From an uncultured Planctomycetota bacterium (GTDB lineage: Bacteria; Planctomycetota; Planctomycetia; Pirellulales; Lacipirellulaceae), in the NCBI GenBank assembly GCA_963847875.1, contig CAWKBR010000005.1:81635-145634 (forward strand): a DNA stretch of 64,000 nucleotides, in the 5' to 3' direction. Both the position numbers and the translations under genes were made by a program. Positions 11,202 through 20,492 of this stretch are shown piece after piece (position 1 is the first letter of the stretch; every line of letters begins with the position of its first letter). A model generated the notes under the pieces. The model worked only from the letters and a program-made list of their open reading frames with translations, was not told where the DNA came from and ran no database searches.

Positions 11202-13065
11202 AATCGCGCACTTGGCCGGACCGATCTCGTCACCTGCGCCAAAAGTGTCCCGCCTTAGGGTCCCACGTCGATTTGCCCATCACAATGCTTCCTTTGTCAC
11301 AACTTTTGACGGGTTTCGACCAACGGATTTCCGGACGGTGAGTTGGGTTCCTTTTCAACTATCGGGACGCGGTTTGGGCGTTGTCAGGTCAACTGGCGGG
11401 GCATCGTCCGACCAACTTCGCGAACGCGCGCGGAGGCGACGAAGACGGTCTACTTCGTCCTCATCGGCCCAGACGATCCAGCGCCCGTGGCGGCCGTGCA
11501 GTTATCGGGAATGAACCCAGCCCCGTCGTAGCCAAACATACAGCGTCGGCTGTGGCATGGCGAGGGAACCGGCTAGGTCGCCGAACCACCACTCATGAGG
11601 GCGAAGAAGTTGATCTGATTTCAACGCAGGAGGCCGTGATTCGCGGAGACCTCGTCGCGAAAGTAGTTTTCGCACCGTGTCACTGCGGAAGTGCGTTCGG
11701 CGTCTGGGCGTCCGCCAGCCCTCAAGCGTTAATTGTTCGGCCATCTCCCGAGTAGTTTGCCCTTGGTCGCTTAGTGTGACGATTCGTTTCATCAGTCGGT
11801 CGTAATCACGCAATTGCTGGTAACTCCCGACAGGCCGGATGAGTTCGTGCTGACTGGTCATGCCGCCCTTCCAGTGGATCGTAACGTCCACGTATTCGGT
11901 GTTGTCCTGCACAGCCACGACCACTTTCTCGATCAGATATCTCAGCGTCGTTTGCCGGTCCGCCGCCGTGGTGGTTGGCAGTTGCCACAGTGCAGGGATG
12001 TCGGAGGCGAGAGCGCGGATGCGGTTCTGATTGTCGTCAGAAAGCTCTGGCGGCTGCTCAGACTGAAAACGATCGTAGTCTTCTTCGAGTTGCCGCTGGA
12101 CTCGTAGTGCTTCCTCCCAGCCCCGTTCCAGCGGCGAGCTACCAACCGGTTTTCCGGCTCGACGACGTCATACTGGCGGGCCGCCCGCTCGGCTGCATAT
12201 CGGGCTCGCTCCAGTCGGTGCTTCCAGTGGCTGTGGAGACGTTCCCGTTCCTGCTGGATCTGCCTGGCCGCGGCCACGCTCAACTCCAACGAGGCCGGCT
12301 TCAACACTTCGAGAACTTGTCGACCAACCAGTTGGTCCAAGCCTCGTCCCGCCAGTTGTTGACATAGAGGTTCGCCGTACTCGATCTGCCGCCGTTCACA
12401 CAGGTAGGTCAGTCGTTTGGCGGGCCCGTCGTAATGCACCGTCATCCGGCAGCCACAATGACCGCATTCGATCAGGCCGCCCAACAAAGAGACCCCTTCA
12501 CGGACAGGGCCCCTTGATTCGGCTCGGCAGCGATTCTCTTGGATCTGCCGTTGATTCGCCTGGTAACGCTCCCATGAGATGTAAGCTGGGCAACGGTCAC
12601 GCAGTAGCACCAAGCATTCTTCGGCCGTAACGCGGATTCGTCCGGAATGCGGATGTCCCGGCCGCTTTCGGCGAGGATCGATGGGGCGGCGGCCATAGCA
12701 GTACGCCCCCGCGTAGACCGGATGATGCAGTATATTCAGCAGCGTCGCTCGGCAAGGGGGATGCCACTCGAGTTGCCCGCGGTTGGGGCCGCTGTGCGGC
12801 CGGATGCCCAGTTGGACTTGCTGATGCACCATGTAACGCAGCACCTTGTTGACGGTGCCGTACGCTTCAAACTTGTCGAACACGAGCTGCACCGCCGCAC
12901 GCGCCTGCTCATCCGGTTCCTCCGCCAATTCGCCAGAAGGCGAGCGAATGTAGCCAATCGGCCAATGGCAAAACAGATCGCCCCGCCGCGCCTTGTTCAG
13001 CCGTCCTTGGTTCAATCGATTGCGGAGGATGTGAAGCTCTGCTTCCGACATCGTTCCCTTGTAAC

Positions 13066-13524
13066 ATGCAACATAAAACACGAGCTTTACATGACCGAGG
13101 GCAATTCATCACAATTCGCCAAAGATTCGCCGCAAGTTGGGCGGCGATCATGCTAGCGTTCACGACATTTTCTGGCGGGAGGATGAGCCATGGGTCGTGC
13201 TTCAGTTGCCCTCGGGGTGCCGGACAGCAGTACCGGCATCATGGACGGATTTGTCATCAGAATACCTTTCTTCGCGAACGGAATCAGGCCGAAGTTCACC
13301 CTTTGGCGTTGATCGGATTGGCCAACCACTGTCGCAGCCTAAGGAGTCCAAGTCGAGGCTCGGGCAGCAGCACGCGCACCAAGCGGAAAGAGCAAGTAGT
13401 ATGTCAGCAACTTTGGTTTCAGCTTTCTCTTGATGAACGAACGCAATTCGGAAGCTGCTTCTCTCGCATGATTCTGAAATGTCTCAATGAAATCGATCAA
13501 GAAGATCAGGAGGTCAGAACATGA
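13066..13524 (+). CDS. Small ORF upstream of and overlapping the inner LSR start (true start unclear, possibly frameshifted)
   Basis: The C-terminal ~45 aa (RKEQVVCQQLWFQLSLDERTQFGSCFSRMILKCLNEIDQEDQEVRT*) align with the small ORF upstream of the outer LSR (RNHRLALNRLWRVLPESAQQETLQTLARMLAQQVEQFSGRKEVPHERS*). In both cases the stop overlaps the recombinase start codon. Confidence 0.3.
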   Translation: MQHKTRALHDRGQFITIRQRFAASWAAIMLAFTTFSGGRMSHGSCFSCPRGAGQQYRHHGRICHQNTFLRERNQAEVHPLALIGLANHCRSLRSPSRGSGSSTRTKRKEQVVCQQLWFQLSLDERTQFGSCFSRMILKCLNEIDQEDQEVRT

Positions 13525-15398
13525 TCAAGGCAACATCTGATTCCAAGGTTTGCAGCGAACATCTACGTCGTCAGGCGGTCGTTTACATTCGTCAGTCCAG
13601 TGCTCAGCAGGTTCGAAGAATCAAGAGAGTCGCCGACGGCAGTATGCGTTAGTGGAACGAGCCCAGACTCTCGGCTGGCCAGTCAAGTCGATCAAGTCGA
13701 TTGACGAAGATCAAGGGCGATCCGCGACCACCAGCACGCATCGGCAAGGATTCAAGAAGCTACTCGCAGAAGTTGGCGCAGGCCAGGTCGGTGTGGTGTT
13801 AGCCTTGGAGGCATCTCGGCTGGCTCGCTCCAATGCCGATTGGCATCGACTGGTCGAGATCTGCGTGGTGACGCAAACGCTACTGGCTGATGAAAACGCC
13901 GTGTACGATCCTCGGGAGCCCAACGATAGGCTCCTCCTCGGGGTAAAAGGAACGATCTCCGAGGCAGAGCTGTTTACGCTAAGGCAACGACTGCATCAAG
14001 GACGTTGGAACAAAGCCAAGCGAGGTGAACTGGTTCGTTCACTGCCCGTTGGCTATGTGAGCACAGAGACCGGCGAGGTCACGAAGAATCCCGATCGTCA
14101 GGTTCAACGCAGGCTCGAATACGTCTTTCGACTGTTTGCAAAGTGCAAGGTCGCACGTCGCGTCGTGACACAGTTGGTCGACGAGAAGCTGAAGATTCCC
14201 ACGAAGTCTGGGGCGGCCCTCGTCACGGAGAAGTGACGTGGAAGGAACCAGACCTGGCTGCCGTGATTCGTATACTGAAGAACCCAACGTATGCAGGCGC
14301 TTACGTGTACGGCCAATATGAATACGATTCATTTCACCGTTCGCCAACCAATGGCAAGGCGAAAGTTCATGTACGTACGATCGAAGACTGGCCTGTCTGT
14401 CTCAAGGGTTTCTATCCGGCGTACATCAGTTGGAAGCAGTTTGTGGAGAATCAGCGGATTCTTCGCTCGAACTGGTATCGCCACGACAGCCAAGGTGCGC
14501 CTCGCAAGGGACAGGCTCTGCTGCAGGGCATTGTCTATTGCGGATGCTGCGGAGCGAGGATGACGATTTTCCATTATTCGACGAAAGAGAAGCGGTCACC
14601 AGGTTACGGATGCGTTTATGATTACCAGCGTAAAGGAAGTCGTTCGACGTGCCAGATGATGAGCTCAATGCCCGTCGACGAAGCCGTTGCGAATGAGTTT
14701 CTCAACGTCGTCTCACCAGCCAAGATCGATATCGCAATTCAAGCATTGGAGGAGTTCGAGTCCAATCATCAGGAAGCTTGTCGACAATGGGACCTTCAGC
14801 TTCAGCAAGCTGATTATGAAGTCGAGTTGGCACGTCGTCGTTACGAAGCGGCAGATCCAGAAAACCGACTCGTGGCTGGTGAACTTGAATCACTTTGGGA
14901 AAACGCATTGCGCCAACGCGAGAAGCTGGAGCGTGAGCGGGACGAGCATGAAAGGAAGGAGGAGCTGCCGGTTCTCGAAAAAGACCGACAACGGATCAAA
15001 GAACTGTCGAGTGACTTGAAATGTGTGTGGAATGCGAGGACTACCTCCATGGAGGACCGAAAGACGCTGTTGCGATTCTTGATCAAACGTGTTCACCTCG
15101 ATGGCGTGACTGAAGACGGAAAGATCCGCATCGATATTGAGTGGCATACCGGCGGCAGACTTCAATAAAGATCGATCGCCCACTGGTTGGTGCGTGGGCA
15201 CCGAAGACCCCCGAGAAGGCTGTCGAACGAATGCGAGAGCTGATGCCCCACTACGAATACGCGACGATTGCGGCAAGGCTCAACGAAGAGGGATTCAAAA
15301 GCGCGAAGGGGTTGCCGTTTAATGCTATGATCGTTGGCTACGTGGTTCGTCGCCGAGGCTGGAATGAAAACGGGCATAGGATGCGCAAGCCGAAGTAA
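13521..15398 (+). CDS. Large serine recombinase (inner copy); three inferred 1-nt deletions (~13616, ~14212, ~15157)
   Basis: AGGAGG lies 7 nt upstream of the ATG at 13521. The protein reads MIKATSDSKVCSEHLRRQAVVYIRQSSAQQV | KNQESRRRQYALVERAQTLGW...IDEDQG...SRLARSNADWHRLVE...NDRLLLGVKGTISEAELFTLRQRLHQGR. Later come ...ILKNPTYAGAYVYG...GIVYCGCCGARMTIFHY...YGCVY, a coiled coil, and ...IDIEWHTGG | QTSIKIDRP.... With the three missing bases restored, the 1878 nt give 627 codons. Confidence 0.85.
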
Positions 15399-15917
15399 TT
15401 CAGGTGAGTTGAACTTGTGCTTTATCAAAAGGGCCACTTGAGACCCAACAGGAGGCGGTCGTTGTAGTCAGACGGATCGTAAAGACCATCCTGGTCCGCC
15501 AAGAGCGTCTGGAAGAGGGCGCACAGTTCCAGAAGCTGATGCCAGTCTTTGCACGAACGAGCTAGGCGGCTCATCTCGATGCCCAGTACTAACCCCACAT
15601 GATCCAGGCCTACCTCGGCCAATAGACGTTGAAACCCCCTACGACCTTCGGCCGACTGGGCACTCAGGCCCTGGTCCTCGTCGATCACCAACACTCGCTC
15701 CTCCGGCCAACCTAGCGCGACGGCTCGTCGAGCCAGCGCATACTGCATCTCTGCCGATTCACGGTTTGCCAATACCTGGTGTGGAGTTGACTGGCGTACA
15801 TAGACAATGGCCAAACGATCCAAGTGTTGGGGTCGGATTTTGATTGATCCGAAGGGATTGGCGACAGGCTCAGCACTCGCCAGGCGGGGAGCGATTGGTG
15901 CGTCTGCTGTCAGGGCT

Positions 15918-16109
15918 TCAGGAGCGCTCATGCGGCACCTCCTTCCGTCCCGAGAACTGCTCGACTTGCTGAGCCAGCATCCGAGCCAGCGTCTGCAACG
16001 TCTCTTGCTGTGCCGACTCCGGCAACACTCTCCAGAGCCGATTCAGGGCTAAACGGTGATTCCGCGTTTGTGCGCGGGGGGGGACAAAGTCTTCCCTGTC
16101 GAGTGACAT
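15918..16109 (-). CDS. Small ORF (63 aa) translationally coupled to the outer LSR
   Basis: AGGAGG plus 6 nt precedes the ATG at 16109. Its 3' end contains the AAGGAGG RBS of the LSR and overlaps the LSR ATG (15929-15931) by 14 nt. It is homologous to the ORF upstream of the inner LSR. Confidence 0.45.
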   Translation of the reverse strand: MSLDREDFVPPRAQTRNHRLALNRLWRVLPESAQQETLQTLARMLAQQVEQFSGRKEVPHERS

Positions 16110-16299
16110 GACGCACCTCCTGTGCTTTCGTGATGCCGCTGCTGGCATTGCTGCCACCAGCAGGCCAGTTTCAACAACGCCTCGGCGCACACTATAGGAC
16201 GATCGGCTCCGTTGATACAAGTTGAGCCTTTCGACGTAGTGTGCCGGGTATTCTTCACCGATCCTCCGCGGCGGCCAGGCAACATAGATCGTTCCCCGG

Positions 16300-17814
16300 T
16301 CACACGCCGGCCGACGTCACTGCGCGTGCGCCGTCCCACACGCTGTCCCGCTCGCCTGTCAACAGTCGTCTGCGGAATCGCAAGTGGCGACGACGCGTAA
16401 TCTCCACGAGCGGTTTCCAAATCAAGTGCGTCAGCCGATGCCTAATCAAGAGATACCAAAACAGGTTGGAGCGTTTGTAGAGATACGACATTGCCAAATA
16501 AGGTGGCACGCTGCGCCAATCGCAGGGGCGCCGCCGCCAAATCGATTGGTGTGAAAACAACCGCCGGTAGCACCAGGCGTAGCCGGCCGCCAATTGTGCC
16601 GGCGTCATCTGCCTAGGCTGGAACACCACGTGCCCCGTGTCGTACAGGTCCCATTGCTTGTGTAGCAGCCGTCCTTCGCGCTCCATCTGTTCAAACAGCG
16701 GCGTGCCCGGGTAGGGAGTCAAAATGTGAAAAGTCGCACACTCCAGTTGCTGCCGCTCAATCCAATCGACCGTGGTGTCGAACACGTCGGGCCGGTCATG
16801 ATCGAAGCCCAGCACAAAGCTGCCGTTCACCTGCACGCCGTTGCGATGAAAGATTTCGACACGTTGGGCATATTCTTCCGTTCGAGGGCTCTTCTTGTGC
16901 GCGGCGACGAGATTGTCGTTCTGAAGCGACTCGAAGCCCACAATCACGCCGGTACAACCGGCCAGTGCCATTTCGCGAACCAAATCAGGATCGTCGGTTA
17001 CGTCAATCGACACCGCAGCGCTCCAAATCTTTTCGACCGGTCGCAGCGCATGGCATAGTCGATACAAGTATTCCGGGCGCGAACCGAGGTTGTTATCGAC
17101 AAAAACGCCGTACGGTTGCGCATCGGCCTGGAACTCTGCCACGATTTGCTCGACGTCACGCACCAAGTACGGCATCTGCAGACCCTTGGTCGACAGATAA
17201 CAAAATCCGCAACGATTGTGGCAACCGCGCGTGGCGATCAGGCTCGACGTGGTGAGGAAACTGCGGCGCGGCAATAGCTCGCGGCGCGGCGCCGGATCGT
17301 CGCGATAGGGTCACCGATAGCCGCCGTGATATTCAGGCCGCAGGCTCCCAGCCGCGACGTCCTGCAAGATCTGAGGCCAGATTTGCACGCCGTCGCCAAT
17401 TGCCAATGCGTCGGCATGCGGGGCGGCCTCCGCCGGGCACGATAGAACGTGCAACCCACCAAGAATGACCGTCGCACCGCGTTCTCGATACCAGCGCGCA
17501 AGCTCATAGGCTCGATTGGCAAACGTCAAATGCACGCTAATGCCCACAACCTGCGGGAACGGTTCGCTAGGAGGCGGGCCTTGCAGCAAGTTTTCGTCCC
17601 AATACGCAACAGTCCAGTCCGGCGGAGTCGCGCCAGCCACACTCGTCAGTGCGAGCGTCGGCGTGAGCACGTGCTTGCCGAAGCTCGCGTGTGGATCCTT
17701 GGGATAAAACGGATTGATCAAGAGTACGTGACGAGTTCGCACCGGACTTGTTCTTTGCTGGTGATCGAGTGGCGGCGCAATGCGCATCGCGCGGGGAAAC
17801 CAGCGGGAATGCAT
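16300..17814 (-). CDS. B12-binding domain radical SAM protein (DUF4070-type C-terminus) with an in-frame TGA at 17311-17313
   Basis: The B12-binding part reads VLLINPFYPKD...VVGISVHLTFANRAYELARWYRERGATVILGGLH. The radical SAM core is IATRGCHNRCGFCY...GCTGVIVGFES. ORF-track entries 17311..17856 and 16300..17274 are in the same frame and are separated only by a TGA (...YHGGYR*PYRDDPAPRRELLPRRSF...). The start is placed at the ATG at 17814, which follows GAGGAG. Confidence 0.85.
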
Positions 17815-17852
17815 GAGTCGTCTCCTCGCTTGATTTGCAGTTCGATTTTCGT

Positions 17853-19144
17853 TCAATCCAGAACTTGAATTTCAGGGTAAAGCGTAGCCGAAATCTTAAG
17901 TGGCGAATGGCCTGTTCCCTTGAGGTACTCGTCGAAAAAGGTGTGCACGCAATACGCCGTAATAGCGAGCTGGCGACGCCCGTCGATACCAACAATTCCT
18001 AACATACGGAGTGTTCGCAGCACGACATGGCTTTTCAACAGGGCTCCGTCGTCGCTAAAAAGAAAGTGGTTCGCGCCGCGAATCACTATGAGAGCCCGTC
18101 TATCCGGTGGCAGACGCTCGTAAATCGATTGGATGTTGGCCTTGACCTCACGGCTCTCCGGGTCAGACTCGCGACTGTGGTCGCTGAGAAGGAACATGAA
18201 TGGCCGATCGATTCCCGCCTGAACGACGCTGCCCAGTGGAAGGCCGTCCACATCGATGGCCGCCTTGCATCGGGAATCCTCATGGCAGAACTGTGCGGCT
18301 TGCACCCCGCCAAAGGAATGGCCAAACACCCCGACTCGCGTCATGTCGAGACGTCCCGTGAACTTGCCGGAAGGATCCGACGCGTTCAGCCGCTCCAACT
18401 GATCGAGCACGAAGCCGATGTCGGCGGTCCAGGCGGCGAGTAGCTTCTTGCCGACACGATCAAGCGCCTGACCCGAATAGAATTCCGGGTTGTTCTTTGG
18501 CTCGCGTGTGATCACTCGGCCGTCGGGGAAGACAACGACTCCGGTGCGATACGGTGCATCAAAGCCCACGACCACGTAACCGTGACTGGCCAGGTCCTCC
18601 GCAAGCGTCGAGTAATTGACCACTTCAGCGGAAGCACCCCGCGCATGACCACCACCGGATACGATCGCTGCTGCGCAGACACCTCGGAGTTACGAAGACT
18701 GTGACCATGGACCAGCGACAGATCTCGCGTCAGGAGGTTAATCAAGGCGCCGCCACGGAGTTCGAATGCCGTTCGCCACGGAGCAGGCAGGTAGTCGTCC
18801 ATCGTTGCAGCTGCGTGCCCAGGATCTGCCGGATACCAGATCCAAACAAAGAGCTCACGTTTGGTTCCCGGAACTGGGGCCAACGTGTCCGGGTGCGATT
18901 CGTCGGCCCAAACGTAGGTCGTTCGGCCAACTGCAAATGGCCCCGTGGGGGTCGGGAGTGTCAGCTCGGTCCGGTGCTCCAACCAGAGCGACCCAAGCAG
19001 CGCTCCAACCCCGAGAACGCCGAGCAGCGCCAAGATTGCGAAGCTTTTGAATAACCGACGCACGAGCCGCGATTTGAACAGCTTCTGCCACAAGGTCGAG
19101 GGCAGGGGGGCGTCGGCGCTGACGGCTTTGATTGGCTCACCCAT
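17853..19144 (-). CDS. Alpha/beta hydrolase (PAF-acetylhydrolase/dienelactone hydrolase-like), one inferred G deletion at ~18639
   Basis: The N-terminal TM segment is FKSFAILALLGVLGVGALLG. The protein continues ...YPVVVMRG | GASAEVVNYSTLAEDLASHGYVVVGFDAPY, with the nucleophile elbow at GVFGHSFGG. It is split between ORF-track entries 18512..19465 and 17853..18623. Confidence 0.7.
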
Positions 19145-19218
19145 CCGACTCTCTCTTAGCTTTGTGTTGCAAAGTAAATGGGGATGACTGGCGTCCGTGT
19201 GAATACGTTCAGATAGGC

Positions 19219-19618
19219 CTACGCTGGCGAAAAATCGGGTCTCACTTTTCCGCGCCCGACGGAAGCCTGCGGCTGGCTCGCCGCGGCGTCGGCCAACACT
19301 TGCTCCAGCACATTCAAGTACTGCTGGAACCGACGCCGACCACTGGGCGTCATCGCCACGACCGTCTGCGGCCGGCCCCGCTTGGCCGCCCGATTGGCGA
19401 CCACCAGCCGCGCCTCCTCCAGGACCGCCAAGTGCCGGTTCAAATTGCCGTCGGTCAGCGAGCAAAGCTCTTTAAGATCACTAAACAGCAACCCCTCGGG
19501 ACGCGTCATCAGCGACGTGAGAATCCCCAATCGCGACTTTCTCGTGGATGGCGCGATCGAGCCCTTCGTAGGCGAAACGGCCATCGTCGGCCGCGCTTGC
19601 TTTGCTGCGCGTGCTCAT
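19219..19618 (-). CDS. Winged-helix transcriptional regulator; one inferred 1-nt insertion at ~19535
   Basis: MSTRSKASAADDGRFAYEGLDRAIHEK (frame of 19481..19897) joins RLGILTSLMTRPEGLLFSDLKELCSLTDGNLNRHLAVLEEARLV (frame of 19219..19584). This is the typical HTH-plus-wing pattern. Confidence 0.65.
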
Positions 19619-19623
19619 TGCGT

Positions 19624-20240
19624 TCAATCCAGTCGATCTTCGAATCGCTCTAAAGTAAAGTACAAAACGACGGCATTCAAAAGTTGCCCGCCGCCAAACG
19701 CAACGCCCATGATCCACGGCGACAGCGCGGCCTCGCCTTGCCCCCATGCCAAGGCAAGAATGCCGCAAACAAGGTACCACGCGCCCACGATCGCCACAGC
19801 CCGAGGTAGCAGTCGCCACGAGGCAAAGACGCCCAGACTGAACACGAGTGCCCACAGGCCAGGCAACATCCAAACCGAATCGCTTGCGCCTCGACAATCG
19901 CGATCGTGAGCAGCCCGCCCACCACTAACGCCGGCGCGAACTGCCCGACCGCGAACATCGTCGTTTGCCGAGCGAGGGCCATTCCAGCCAATCGGGCTCG
20001 ACACCAGATTTCAACGCCGACGACGGCCAAGTTGATTGCCGCGGCAACGAACCACAACGCCAGATAGGCGTCCACCCGTTCGATCGGCCGCGGTAGCAAC
20101 GACGCCTGCAAGATCGCCGCGGTCACGCCGACCAGGCCCGTGAATGCGACGGTCGCGGACCGATAGCCGCGAAACACTTCCGTACGCGCCAAGTGCTCGC
20201 GGATTTCCGACACCTGCGCTAGCGCTTGCCGTAGCTCCAT
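19624..20240 (-). CDS. Multi-pass membrane protein of unknown function, one frame change (~19885-19900); apparently co-transcribed with the regulator
   Basis: Hydrophobic helices span both ORF-track entries (19677..20240 and 19624..20004). The stop lies 5 nt upstream of the regulator ATG. Confidence 0.5.
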
Positions 20241-20353
20241 GGGGAATACCCTGCAAAAAACCTCTCGATTCCCAACGCCGCCCGATAACTCTGTATTGCA
20301 AAGTAACGAATGCTGCTGGGTCTGTCAACAAGCAATGGTTTTTTCAATGGCAG

Positions 20354-20410
20354 GCGATCGCCGAATGCCCCCGGCATCAAATGAGTTCAGCGCCGGCGGC
20401 CACGCCGGAC
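20354..20410 (+). repeat. REP-like repeat, copy B
   Basis: GCGATCGCCGAATGCCCCCGGCATCAAATGAGTTCAGCGCCGGCGGCCACGCCGGAC aligns with copy A. The similarity continues downstream (CCCGGCCCGGCCGCTTCTC). Confidence 0.6.
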
Positions 20411-20492
20411 TTGTGCTTGCCCGGCCCGGCCGCTTCTCTCCCTCATACCCCGAACCCCCGGCCGGCAGTCTCCACCACCGCCGCCGCCCTCG

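Larger units (their letters stand above)
13061..15436 (+). mobile_element. Inner LSR-only mini-element inserted within the outer LSR gene
   Basis: Removing 13061..15436 restores ...LLLGLK|GTMSEAEL... in the host gene. The triplet CTT is present at both junctions (13058-13060 and 15437-15439). The element has ~460 bp of leader, one LSR gene and a 38-bp tail. Hand counts on sample lines give noticeably lower GC than the surroundings. Confidence 0.8.
11355..15931 (-). pseudogene. Large serine recombinase (outer copy), disrupted by a 2376-bp insertion, one 1-nt deletion (~12132) and an in-frame TAA (11502-11504)
   Basis: The N-terminal resolvase domain (15931..15437) reads LAIVYVRQSTPHQV...ESAEMQYALARRAVALGW...VIDEDQG...RRGFQRLL...SRLARSCKDWHQLLE...NDRLLLGLK. 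The gene resumes at 13060 with GTMSEAELHILRNRLNQGRLNKARRG. The recombinase and zinc-ribbon regions follow (GLIECGHCGCRMTVHY...YLCERR), then a coiled coil. After the TAA the same frame stays open for 48 more codons (RWIVWADEDEVDRLRRL...) up to the TGA at 11355-11357. Confidence 0.85.
11200..16300 (-). mobile_element. Outer LSR mini-element (small ORF + large serine recombinase), boundaries approximate, itself invaded by a second LSR element
   Basis: The region between the mlaD 3' end and the radical SAM gene 3' end contains only recombinase-related coding sequence. I could not define att sites, so the ends are guesses. Confidence 0.4.

Noticed and set aside
17311-17313. Selenocysteine recoding of the in-frame TGA in the radical SAM gene
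   Set aside because: I see no convincing SECIS-like stem-loop directly downstream of the TGA on the coding strand. The site is in an inter-domain linker, not a redox motif. I kept it only as a point lesion to verify.
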